NCBI GenBank assembly: GCA_965247095.1
Contig: OZ251997.1
Location: forward strand, 640,001-704,000
Reading direction: 5' to 3'
Origin: Candidatus Multivorans sp.
GTDB lineage: Bacteria > Acidobacteriota > Thermoanaerobaculia > Multivoradales > Multivoraceae
Length of the DNA: 64,000 bases
The notes under the pieces are model-generated. The model saw only the letters and a program-made list of their open reading frames with translations. It was not told the DNA's origin and ran no database searches. This document shows, piece by piece, positions 41,010 to 50,527 of the stretch; position 1 is the stretch's first letter, and the number at the start of each line of letters is the position of its first letter. Position numbers and translations under genes: made by a program.

Positions 41010-42881
41010 TCACCGCTCCTCCAGCCTGAGTCCGCCGCCGGTCAGGGGACGGCCGCGGAAGCGGAGTCCGCCGGTCTCGAGGGAGATGTCGTCGAGCACG
41101 GGCGGGCAGTCGCCGTTGCCCAGGAACACGGTGTGGAGGGCGACGCCGAGCCGGCACGCCAACTGCCGCTCGCGACGGACGGTTGTGTCGCCGATGATCG
41201 GCAGGCCGTCGGTCAGGAGGACGATGTGGCGGTTGCGGCCGGCGCCGCCGCGCAGGCCGTCCAGGGCGGTGCGGAGCGGCGCCTCGTAGTTCGTTTGTCC
41301 GACCGCCTTGGCCTGGCCGGCCTGCTCGGCAAGCCGGGAGTAGGAGCGGTGCAGCAGCCGGCCGCCGACCTGGTGGGGCAGGGCGCGGTGATGGAACTCG
41401 ACGTAGCCGACGCGCATCCGACGGCGCGCGGCGACGCGCAGGATGCCGAGCACCACCTGGCTCGACCACACGGTCAGGCGGCCTGCCATCGACGCCGAAA
41501 TGTCTCGCAGCACGGCGACCGCGCCGCCTGCGTTCCGGCGCTTACGCTCGAACGTGCGCGGCGTCCCGGGTAGCCGGCCCTCGGTGAACAGCACAGCTTC
41601 GATCAGGTCGGCGTCGATCAGCTCATCCAGGTCGCGCAGCGGCCGGTAGCCGCGGGGCTGGCCGCCAGGGTCGGTGTCCGGGTCGATCCGGCCGCGCTCG
41701 ATCCGGCCGACCAGCGCGCGCAGCAGGAGATCGACTTGCGCGGGCGGCGGTGGCTTTCCGAACAGCGTGGGCGGCGCCGGCAGGTCGGCCTGGTCGTCGA
41801 TCCACGAATCGGAGGCGGGCGCTGCCGCCGGCGAGCCATCGGCGTCGTCGTCGCCCTGGGACTGGGCGCCAGGCATCTGGGCGCCGGTCTCGGCCATCGT
41901 CACGTTGGGCGGGTCGCCGAGCAGCTCCTCGAGAATGTGGTCGAAGTCCTCCTGCACCTCGTCCGGCAGGCGGTGGGCGACCATGTAGCGGATGGCGTGA
42001 AGGTCGCGCGGCGCCGCTGCCGGCGCCCCGCGCAGGAAGGCGTGGGCACGGACCAGCCTCAGGGCGGCGGAACTGAAGGAGCGGTCGGACATCAGACGGT
42101 CGCCCGACGCCGACTCGTCGGCGCTGCGCTGACGCAACCGGTCCAGCAGGCGGTGGTAGGCCGAGAGGGTTCGTGGCTCAATCTGGAGGGCCGCTGCGGC
42201 CCGTTGGGCGGCCTTGCGGGTGGCGGTGTTCATCACCGAGGACAGTTGCGCAACCTGCCGGGGACGGTGGGAAGCCCGTTGGAGCAGGACAGCCGCCTCG
42301 TCGAAGAGTCCGCCCACCAGCAGGCCGGTGACCCGGAGTTGCACTGCGAAGCGATCGAGTTGGCCCGGTTCCAGCGGGTCGGTCGGCGCTTCGACCTGCT
42401 CCAGCGGGCCGGTGGCAACCGCCGACTCGAGCGGCAGCACCTGCCCCAGGGCGCGCCGCTCGGCGAGGATCCGCAGCAGGGGACCGAGGGCTTCCCCCGG
42501 AGAGCGGGGTAGATCCTCCAGTAACGCGACTTCGGCCTGGAGCAGGGGTCCCGGGATCAACTCCCTGCGGAGGCGTTCATGACCGCGGTAGCGGTGCCGG
42601 CTGAGCAGGACATCGCCGAGCAGGTCGGTCTCGCGGATGTCACGGTGGAAGACGAGCGTGTGGGTTCGGGCGCCGGACATTGCCGCGAGCGCCGCGGCAA
42701 GTTCCGACTTGCCGCAGCCGGGCGGACCTTCCAGGTAGGCGTGCTGCTCGGCCAGCAGCGCCAGGGTCAGCCCGGTCGCGGCGTCGTCCTGACCGACGAG
42801 CACCCGTCCCAGCGCCGTTCGCAGTTCGGCGAAGGCGGCGGAGAGCTCCGTGGTGCGGCGGTCCGGGGCGGGCAGAGTCAC
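41010..42881 (-). CDS. MoxR-like AAA+ domain fused to vWA domain
   Basis: GPPGCGKS, VALLED, LDRF; acidic/Pro-rich linker; MIDAS DISAS...GQTNY...LLTDG. Confidence 0.85.
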   Translation of the reverse strand: MTLPAPDRRTTELSAAFAELRTALGRVLVGQDDAATGLTLALLAEQHAYLEGPPGCGKSELAAALAAMSGARTHTLVFHRDIRETDLLGDVLLSRHRYRGHERLRRELIPGPLLQAEVALLEDLPRSPGEALGPLLRILAERRALGQVLPLESAVATGPLEQVEAPTDPLEPGQLDRFAVQLRVTGLLVGGLFDEAAVLLQRASHRPRQVAQLSSVMNTATRKAAQRAAAALQIEPRTLSAYHRLLDRLRQRSADESASGDRLMSDRSFSSAALRLVRAHAFLRGAPAAAPRDLHAIRYMVAHRLPDEVQEDFDHILEELLGDPPNVTMAETGAQMPGAQSQGDDDADGSPAAAPASDSWIDDQADLPAPPTLFGKPPPPAQVDLLLRALVGRIERGRIDPDTDPGGQPRGYRPLRDLDELIDADLIEAVLFTEGRLPGTPRTFERKRRNAGGAVAVLRDISASMAGRLTVWSSQVVLGILRVAARRRMRVGYVEFHHRALPHQVGGRLLHRSYSRLAEQAGQAKAVGQTNYEAPLRTALDGLRGGAGRNRHIVLLTDGLPIIGDTTVRRERQLACRLGVALHTVFLGNGDCPPVLDDISLETGGLRFRGRPLTGGGLRLEER

Positions 42882-43083
42882 GGCGGCGACATGCTACTCG
42901 GGACGGAGCACTCGACAGCAAGGCGCGATGGCTTGAGTGTTGCAGGACGCTAAGTTGAAGTGACGCGTGAGTTGGGGGAAGAACCGGATGGGGTCGGCGG
43001 TTGCTAGGATGGCGGGAGCGTCGCTTCTCCGTGCCGTCGCTGTCATGTGCGACTGGCAGTCAGGAACATAGGAGGTCTGAAGC

Positions 43084-44643
43084 GTGAGCAGAATCGCGAC
43101 GGTTGGACGACGGTGGGCCCTTGCGGTCGCGCTGGTGGCGGGTGCGTTGTTGCTATCGCCCGGTTTCGGATTGGCTGTTGCCGCGGATGCGGTAGTGGGT
43201 AGCGGGGCGACGGCACACGAGAGCGCGGCGGACGACGAGAAGAAGAAGCGGAAGGCGGAGAAGAAGGAAGCCGCCAAGGCGGCGAAGAAAGAGAAGCGGC
43301 TGCAGAAGCAGCGGCGCCAGCGGGGCAAGACTGTGCGAGCGGTCGTCGTTCCCTCGGCGCCTGCAGCCGCGCCGGCGCCCGCGCGTGAAGCTGCCGCGAC
43401 ACCAGCGCCTGAACCCGCGGCTGCGAAGAAGGCGGTTGCGGCGCCGGTGGCCGAACCGAAGCCTGTTCCGGCTAGATCAGCCGCGACGGAACCAGCGCCC
43501 CGGCCTGCTCCTGCACCGGTACGGACCGCTCCGGCGCCGAGCCCCCGGCGCGAGCCGCCGCGTGCCGAGGCACCGGCGCCGCCGCCGGAGAGGACGCGAG
43601 TTCGAGCCGCGACGGCGGCACCCGCGGACATCAGCCTCAACGAGCGGATCCGCGTCGCCGAGGTGCTGCTCGATGTCTTGGTCACGGACAGGAAGGGCAA
43701 CGTGATCGACGATCTTGGCGCCGAGGACTTCGTGGTCCTCCACGACGGCGAGGAGCAGGAAGTCGTGAGCGCCTCCTTCTACGGCGGCCCGAGCGAGTTG
43801 GCGGCATCGGGCGATGGCTCAACCACGCGCACCGACCGGTACTTCATCCTCATGTTCCACGACCAGCGGCTGGAGGCGCCCTTCCTGTTGGGGCCTCAGA
43901 TGGACAACGCCCGCTGGCTCAGGCGTTGGATCGAGGAGGAGCTGCAGCCGAACGATCAGGTAGCCGTGTTCGCCTACCAGACGCGGCTCAAGTTCTACCT
44001 CGACTTCAGTCGGGACCGGGACGAGATTCTGGCGGCGGTCCAAGCTGCCTCGCAGGGCAAGAGGGATCTCGACCGCTGGGTGACGCGGTCGGCGCCGGAG
44101 TTCGACCCGAACTCGCCCTCGCTGGGCGTCAACCTGCCGACCGGCAAGGAGTTGGCGCGTCGGAGCCGCAAGCTGCAGGAGGGCCTGGAACTCCTTGGGG
44201 AGGTTGCCGAAGGCGTCGCTGGCCGCAAGAACCTGATCATGTTCAGCCTCGGTTTTGGGGAGATCGGCCAGTTCGGGAGCTATACCCCGGACGCGCGCTA
44301 CTACCCGCAGATGCGGGAGGCGCTGAACGCCGGCAACGTTGCCGTGTACACGATCGACACGATGGGCAGCCGCCGCAGGGCAATCGCGTCGGGGTCGCTG
44401 AACGACTCGCTGAGCCTGATCTCGAACGACACGGGCGGCCACTACTACGCGAACTTCACGAACATCATGACGCCGATGCGTCAGGTCGCCGGGGAGAACC
44501 AGGGCTACTACCTGTTGAGCTTCCGCTCCGAGTACGAGGCCGGCACCGGCGGCTACCGCAACATCAAGGTCAAGGTCCGCGAGGGCAAGTACAGGGTGCG
44601 GTCCCGCACCGGCTTCCGCTACGGCGAATCGTCGGGGCCGTAA
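43084..44643 (+). CDS. Secreted VWA-domain protein (VWFA-related Acidobacterial type) with Lys/Ala/Pro-rich N-terminal linker
   Basis: Signal peptide; DVLVTDRKGNVIDDL, DQVAVF, GRKNLIMFSLGF, NVAVYTID, DTGGHYY, YYLLSF. Confidence 0.8.
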   Translation: MSRIATVGRRWALAVALVAGALLLSPGFGLAVAADAVVGSGATAHESAADDEKKKRKAEKKEAAKAAKKEKRLQKQRRQRGKTVRAVVVPSAPAAAPAPAREAAATPAPEPAAAKKAVAAPVAEPKPVPARSAATEPAPRPAPAPVRTAPAPSPRREPPRAEAPAPPPERTRVRAATAAPADISLNERIRVAEVLLDVLVTDRKGNVIDDLGAEDFVVLHDGEEQEVVSASFYGGPSELAASGDGSTTRTDRYFILMFHDQRLEAPFLLGPQMDNARWLRRWIEEELQPNDQVAVFAYQTRLKFYLDFSRDRDEILAAVQAASQGKRDLDRWVTRSAPEFDPNSPSLGVNLPTGKELARRSRKLQEGLELLGEVAEGVAGRKNLIMFSLGFGEIGQFGSYTPDARYYPQMREALNAGNVAVYTIDTMGSRRRAIASGSLNDSLSLISNDTGGHYYANFTNIMTPMRQVAGENQGYYLLSFRSEYEAGTGGYRNIKVKVREGKYRVRSRTGFRYGESSGP

Positions 44644-44724
44644 CGCTCACCCGCCTGCGCCTGGGTCGGAGGAGAGGCTCCCAGGTGCCCACCATCAAGA
44701 CAGAGCTTAGGAGGAACGGCATAG

Positions 44725-45603
44725 ATGATCTCCGCCGACGTGCAATACGAGAAGAAGCGGATTGAAGTGCACGGGCACGAGATGGCCTACGTCGACCATG
44801 GCGAGGGCGATCCGATCGTCTTCCTGCACGGCAATCCGACTTCGTCCTACCTGTGGCGCAACGTGATGCCGCATCTCGAGGGCAGGGGCCGTCTGGTGGC
44901 GCCCGACCTGATCGGCATGGGCGACTCGGCGAAGCTGCCGGACAGCGGTCCGGAGCGGTACCGGTTCGTGGAGCACCGGCACTACCTCGACGGGCTGCTG
45001 GAGGCGATCGGCGTCAACTCGAACGTGGTCTTCGTGATCCACGACTGGGGCTCGGCGCTTGGCTTCGACTGGGCCAACCGCCACCGGGATGCCGTCCGTG
45101 GGATCGCCTACATGGAGGCGATCGTCAGCCCGGTCCCGACCTGGGACGCATGGCCCGAGGCGGCGCGGGGGGTGTTCCAGGGGTTCCGCTCGCCGGCCGG
45201 CGAGGGCATGGTGCTGGCGAAGAACGTCTTTGTGGAGCGGGTGCTGCCGGGCTCCGTGCTGCGCAAGATGACGGACGAGGAGATGGCCGTCTACCGGCGG
45301 CCGTTCGAGGACGAGGGCGAGTCCCGCCGGCCGACCCTGACCTGGCCGCGTCAGATCCCGGTCGCCGGCGAGCCGGAGGATGTGGTGGAGATCGTGCAGG
45401 CCTACGCGGACTGGCTGAAGGACTCGGACGTGCCGAAGCTGTTCGTCAACGCGAAGCCTGGCGCGATCCTGACCGGAGCGATGCGGGAACTCTGCCGGAC
45501 CTGGCCGAACCAGACGGAAGTGACGGTCAAGGGTTCCCACTTCATCCAGGAGGACTCCCCGGACGAGATCGGTTCAGCGATCTCGGAATGGTTGCCGGAG
45601 TGA
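44725..45603 (+). CDS. dhaA: Haloalkane dehalogenase (HLD-II, DhaA/LinB-like)
   Basis: [56 protein letters not shown]. Confidence 0.92.
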   Translation: MISADVQYEKKRIEVHGHEMAYVDHGEGDPIVFLHGNPTSSYLWRNVMPHLEGRGRLVAPDLIGMGDSAKLPDSGPERYRFVEHRHYLDGLLEAIGVNSNVVFVIHDWGSALGFDWANRHRDAVRGIAYMEAIVSPVPTWDAWPEAARGVFQGFRSPAGEGMVLAKNVFVERVLPGSVLRKMTDEEMAVYRRPFEDEGESRRPTLTWPRQIPVAGEPEDVVEIVQAYADWLKDSDVPKLFVNAKPGAILTGAMRELCRTWPNQTEVTVKGSHFIQEDSPDEIGSAISEWLPE

Positions 45604-45671
45604 GGTTGTTGCCCCTCCTACTTCGCTGAAATCCGAAACCTGAGAGCCCGAACAATCGGTCAGGGAGCCCC

Positions 45672-47237
45672 ATGACGCACCAGCCATTCCGGGAAGGTAG
45701 TCGTCGTTTTGTACTTGCGGTGAATGCCCTTGCGTGGGCCACCGCGATGGCTGCGGTACCCGGAATGGTCGCGGCCCAGGAATCGGAGAGTGGACCGAGG
45801 CTCGAGGGGATGAAACGGCTCGACCTGCCGGCGGAGATCGCCCGGGCGAGCGACGTGCGGTGGCTGGAGGATGGTGAGCTCGTCCTCGGTGTGATCGGAC
45901 GGGGCCTCTACTCCTGGCGCGCCGGCGACAAGGCGGGCCAACTGAGGGTGGCGCTCGAGGAGCCTGCCGCCGATGTGCTCAATGTCGGCGGGCAGGCCGT
46001 CGTCGATTCCAATCGGTATGAACGGGACTACGGCCATCTTGCCGTTTCGCCCGACGGGACGGCGTTCACGGACCTGTTCTCCGGCATCCACCTGGCGACC
46101 GAGGGTGGGATCGACTCTCAGGCGGCTATGGAGCACGTGGGCGACCTGGACCGGCGTGGTTCGCTGACCGCGGCGGTCGGTCTCGTCCGCAAGGACACCG
46201 ACGGTTGGGCGGAACACGCCGCCTGGTTGATCCCCGACGGCGCGGAGACTGCTCGTGGGCTGCTACCGACGAGGGACGCCGGGCATGGGCTGGAGTTGTG
46301 CAGCGATGCGGAGCTCTCGGTGATCCGTTTCATCTCCGAGGATCGCCTGCTCGTGATCCCTGGCGCCGAACCCGGTGTCTTCGTCTACGACCGCGAAGGG
46401 GCGTTTCACGACAGTCTGGACGCGGAGACCTTCTTCGCCGAGGGCGGCTGCGACGTCGAGGCCAACGAGTGGGGGAGGTCGCCTCTCTTCGATGCGTACG
46501 TTCGGGCCGAGTGGCTTGGCCAGCGTCGCGTGATCGACGAAGTCGTGGCCGACGGTGACGGCAACGTGTACTTCTTCGTTCGGTATGCGGCGGACGGTCC
46601 GGCCGCGGATCGGACAGCCGATACCGAAACTCCGTTTGAACTGCGCCGGCGCCCCGCCGCCGCCGACATCGCGGCCACTCTTCCGAACACAGACCCGGAC
46701 TGTTCCGTCCCGCTCTGTTACGAGCGCGCCGTGCCGGGACGGATACCCGTGGGGGGCGCCTACGATTGGCGGCCGGCAGAGACTACGCGCGATGTGGAGT
46801 CCACCTGGGGACGGTACAGACATCACGTCGCGTTGCGTTCAAGCGCAGCCGCCCGGCCAGCGTGGCAGCAGCCGCCCACCGTCAAAGGACTGCGTCGACA
46901 GCAGCCGGACGAGGCGGTGAAGCAGCCCGGGCAGACCGTGACCTCGCAAGTCAGGGTACGGGCCGGTTCGATCAGTGACCGCGTCGTTGCCTCGGTGCCT
47001 CCGCCCACGGGCAGGGTGTGCTGGGACCTGGTCCACGCCCGCGTGGACGATCTCCGTGCCGTGACCAGGCAATCGTGTGTGGTCGAGTCGGGGTTCGCCG
47101 ATACGCGCCTGCGAGCCGACCTGCGCGCAGACCGGGCGGTGATCCTGCTTCGGGGCGGCGCGTTGCGGGGCGCGGATGTGCGCTCCGCGGAGGCGTTCGA
47201 GGCTCGTCTTCGACCGCCGGTTGGCGCGGAGAACTAG
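45672..47237 (+). CDS. Secreted hypothetical protein, beta-propeller-like
   Basis: Signal peptide; short beta-strand blades (SDVRWLEDGELVL, HLAVSPDG, GVFVYDREG, VVADGDGNVYF). Confidence 0.6.
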   Translation: MTHQPFREGSRRFVLAVNALAWATAMAAVPGMVAAQESESGPRLEGMKRLDLPAEIARASDVRWLEDGELVLGVIGRGLYSWRAGDKAGQLRVALEEPAADVLNVGGQAVVDSNRYERDYGHLAVSPDGTAFTDLFSGIHLATEGGIDSQAAMEHVGDLDRRGSLTAAVGLVRKDTDGWAEHAAWLIPDGAETARGLLPTRDAGHGLELCSDAELSVIRFISEDRLLVIPGAEPGVFVYDREGAFHDSLDAETFFAEGGCDVEANEWGRSPLFDAYVRAEWLGQRRVIDEVVADGDGNVYFFVRYAADGPAADRTADTETPFELRRRPAAADIAATLPNTDPDCSVPLCYERAVPGRIPVGGAYDWRPAETTRDVESTWGRYRHHVALRSSAAARPAWQQPPTVKGLRRQQPDEAVKQPGQTVTSQVRVRAGSISDRVVASVPPPTGRVCWDLVHARVDDLRAVTRQSCVVESGFADTRLRADLRADRAVILLRGGALRGADVRSAEAFEARLRPPVGAEN

Positions 47238-47241
47238 GACG

Positions 47242-50200
47242 ATGCGGTTTTCAGCCTTTGTTCCTTGGTTGGTGGTCGGAGCGGTTGCCGTCCCGGTGGC
47301 GGGACAGGACGAAGCGGTGGCAAACACGCCGTTCCAGTTCGTATGCGTCAAGGAGAGCGAACCTGTCTTCCTCAACGGGATCGCCGTGCCGGCCGACGAG
47401 ACGTGGGAACGACGGGACGATGTCCCGGCAGGCCGTGCGCCGGCCGACTGCTGGGCTTGGAGCGAGTCCTGTCCGCCGCTGCTTCTCGCGCCCGGACAGA
47501 ACGCGGCTGCCGCCTGCCGCTCCGCGGCGGCCTCCTCAAAGCCCTTGACCGTCCGTATGCTGGCCCCCGAGGCGCCGGACTCGAACGGGGATCCGGTGGA
47601 CGGTACGGTGGCCCCAGCCGAGGTCAGCGTGACCGCGGCGCCGGCGGCGATGTGGCGGCAGGTAGCACGACATCTGCTGCCGACGGCAACCGTCGCGTCC
47701 GGGTCGCTCTCCCTGCCCCGCAATGACGAAACATGGCGCCTCCAGGCGCTGGCGGAAGGTCGAGCCTCGACCTGGCGGGACGTGGCCCCTGAAGAGGGAT
47801 CGGTGGAACTCGTGTTGCGGCGGGCGGTGGATCTCACCGTGCACGTGACCGCCGACGGCGCGCCCCTTGCCGGCGCGCGAATGAACCTGTTGCGGGTTGG
47901 CTCGGGGATGGCCGCCGGACGACCCGAGCCTCTGGGCTTTGGGTTGTCGGACGCTGATGGCAAGGTGAGTTTGACCGTGTCGGAGCGTGAGCGCTCCGCG
48001 GTCCTCGTCTCCCACGTCGCCCGGACCGCTACGGTGTTCGAGCGCTTCGTCGAGGCGCCGTCGGTTGTCGAGCTCGGTCCAGGCTTCGCCGTCACCGGTC
48101 GGACCGTCGATCCGGAAGGACGACCCGTAGCCGGAGTGCGGCTGTTGGGGCTGTCGTGGGTGGAGCACGAACTTCCAATGATGCGGCGCCACCTGGGCCT
48201 CTCCGGACCCGACGGCCGGTTCTCGCTCACCGGCTTCACGAAAGGCGCCGCGTCCCTGCGAACCGACGGCGGCGACTTGGAGTACTCCGAGGCGTTCGAT
48301 CTGGAGGGTTCCCTGGACCTTGGGGCGATTGTGCTGGGGCCGGCCGAGACCTACTGGATCCAGGTCGTCGATGCGAGCCGCGGAACGGCGATACCCGGCG
48401 CACGCGCATCCTCCGAGGCCGGGGAGCAATCCACGACCGACCGGGAGGGAATTGCGCAGGTGTCGCCCCGGTTCGGCCGCAGCCTCATGGTCTCCGCGAA
48501 GGGGTACCGGATGGCGCGGTTCGAGATCGGCGGCGGCGGCACCACGGCCGCAGAACCCTCGCTGCCTGGCTTGCCGATTTTCCCGGTCGATGTGGCCGGC
48601 GGCGCCGGCGCCACGGCTGAAGAACCCCTGGTGCTCCGGCTGGAGCCGGCCTTCACGGTCGAGGGCGTCTTCATTGCGGCCGACGGCGTAACCCCGGCCG
48701 CCTCGGGCCACCTGGTTGCCGCTCGCGACATGGCGAACGGGAGCGCGACCAGGCACAGAACGATCGCCGCGGATGGATCCTTCTCCGCGGACCTCGAGCC
48801 GGGTGCCTACACGCTGGAACTGACGGCAACGAATGCCGGGAGGACGGTGCTCAGCGTCCAGGGGTCGGCGGGGGACGCCCGCGACCTGGGGGTCATCGTG
48901 GCCCCGGCGTCGGCCTGGGTCTCCGGCACCGTGGTGAACTCCGAGTACGTGCCGGTGTTCGAAGCCTCGGTGTCCTACACGAGACCGTCCGAGTACGGCC
49001 GGTTGATGACCCGGGCAATGGGCCAGGTCGCCACGGTCACCACGGATGTCGATGGCGCCTTTGAACTCCACGGCCTTGAGGTGGGAACATCGACGCTCCG
49101 GGTGGAAGCCGAAGGGTTCGCGCCGCTCGAGTTCGAGGTCGAAGCGAACGCGGTCGAGTGGATCGATGCCGGGTTGGTGGAGCTCTCGCGAGGCCGCCGG
49201 ATCACGGTGCGTTCGGATGTCGAGCGCGGGCAGGTCCTGCTTGACCCTGGTGGCCGAAGCCGGCCGCGGGATCTGATCACGGGCGATCTGGAAGAGGGCC
49301 GGGCGCTGCTCGATGCTGTGCCGGAGGGCGCCTTCGTCGTCCGTGTCTCCGAGAATGGCCAGGCGGTCTGCGAGAAGGAGGTGGAGGAGGCCACCGGCGA
49401 CGATGTCGTCACCTGCGATCGCAGCACGGTTACGGTCATCGGCCGCGTCACTCTCGCTGGTCAGCCTGGTGCCGGAGACCTGTTCTGGGGTGCGAAGGAG
49501 AACAGCCGCTACGGAGGAGGCTTCACCACAACTATTATCGGCGGTCTCACCAGGACGCGGGAAGTAGGACCCAGCCGGTCGCAGAACCTGCAGGCTTCTG
49601 TCGACCTCGACGGCAACTACCGCCTCGAGGCAGTGCTTCCCGGCGACTGGAACGTCCGTTGGTCGCCGCCTGATGGCGGCCAGCCGGAGCGCCGCGAAGT
49701 GACCGTCCCGGACGTTCCGGGTGGAGAAGTCACGCTGAACTTCGACTACGGCGCCGTGTCGATTGAAGGCGTCGTGACGGATCCGGAGGGCCAGCCGGTC
49801 CACTTCGCGACGGTCGACCTGTTTCCTCAGCGCTCGGCGGTCATCTCGGATCCGAATGGGCGATTCCAGGTCCTGGGGCTGGCGCCGGGCGCCTACCAGT
49901 TGCGGGCGCGGTTCCGACACCAGCGGTCCGACCTGGTCGACGTCGAACTGCGCGATTACGGCGACCGTCAAACTGTGCAGCTCCAGCTCAGTGACGATCC
50001 GCCGAACGACGAGATCACTATTCACATAAGCGGTGGTGGCGGCGGTCTCTGCTTCATCGAGATGGAAGGGGCTGGTCAGCGGGTGGCCCGGATCGACAAC
50101 GGCGTCGCGACGACGAAGCTCACCCCGCCCCATACCGACCGCGTCCGCATCGCCTGTCAGGCCGACGGACGCTGGATCCTCACCGGTTGGCAGGACCTCG

Positions 50201-50478
50201 AACGGGCACTCGACCGCGGCGTCGAGTTCGATCCCTTCGAGTCCGACTCCTCGATCGTTCTGGAAGGCGAGCCGTCCACCGCCGCGGTGCAGATCACCGG
50301 TCCCGGCGGCTGGGACCTTGGAAAGCTGCGGCTTTGGTTCGGCGGCGCCTCGGCCTTCGCCGTGGGCGAGACGATCTCCAACCTGCCGGTGGGGGAGTAC
50401 ACCCTGCGATGGGGGAATGAGGTGCGGACCGTCTGGACGGAACGGCGGCGGGCCGCGGAAGTCGCGATCGAGGATTGA
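47242..50478 (+). CDS. Large secreted protein with carboxypeptidase-regulatory-like (prealbumin-fold) repeats, paralogue 1
   Basis: Signal peptide; repeated VxGxVxDxxGxPV...T/SDxxGxF...L.G.Y modules; paired Cys. Confidence 0.8.
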   Translation: MRFSAFVPWLVVGAVAVPVAGQDEAVANTPFQFVCVKESEPVFLNGIAVPADETWERRDDVPAGRAPADCWAWSESCPPLLLAPGQNAAAACRSAAASSKPLTVRMLAPEAPDSNGDPVDGTVAPAEVSVTAAPAAMWRQVARHLLPTATVASGSLSLPRNDETWRLQALAEGRASTWRDVAPEEGSVELVLRRAVDLTVHVTADGAPLAGARMNLLRVGSGMAAGRPEPLGFGLSDADGKVSLTVSERERSAVLVSHVARTATVFERFVEAPSVVELGPGFAVTGRTVDPEGRPVAGVRLLGLSWVEHELPMMRRHLGLSGPDGRFSLTGFTKGAASLRTDGGDLEYSEAFDLEGSLDLGAIVLGPAETYWIQVVDASRGTAIPGARASSEAGEQSTTDREGIAQVSPRFGRSLMVSAKGYRMARFEIGGGGTTAAEPSLPGLPIFPVDVAGGAGATAEEPLVLRLEPAFTVEGVFIAADGVTPAASGHLVAARDMANGSATRHRTIAADGSFSADLEPGAYTLELTATNAGRTVLSVQGSAGDARDLGVIVAPASAWVSGTVVNSEYVPVFEASVSYTRPSEYGRLMTRAMGQVATVTTDVDGAFELHGLEVGTSTLRVEAEGFAPLEFEVEANAVEWIDAGLVELSRGRRITVRSDVERGQVLLDPGGRSRPRDLITGDLEEGRALLDAVPEGAFVVRVSENGQAVCEKEVEEATGDDVVTCDRSTVTVIGRVTLAGQPGAGDLFWGAKENSRYGGGFTTTIIGGLTRTREVGPSRSQNLQASVDLDGNYRLEAVLPGDWNVRWSPPDGGQPERREVTVPDVPGGEVTLNFDYGAVSIEGVVTDPEGQPVHFATVDLFPQRSAVISDPNGRFQVLGLAPGAYQLRARFRHQRSDLVDVELRDYGDRQTVQLQLSDDPPNDEITIHISGGGGGLCFIEMEGAGQRVARIDNGVATTKLTPPHTDRVRIACQADGRWILTGWQDLERALDRGVEFDPFESDSSIVLEGEPSTAAVQITGPGGWDLGKLRLWFGGASAFAVGETISNLPVGEYTLRWGNEVRTVWTERRRAAEVAIED

Positions 50479-50527
50479 GTTCTTCAGCGCGAACTCGACC
50501 CGGTCGATATTGGGTAGGGGGATCACA

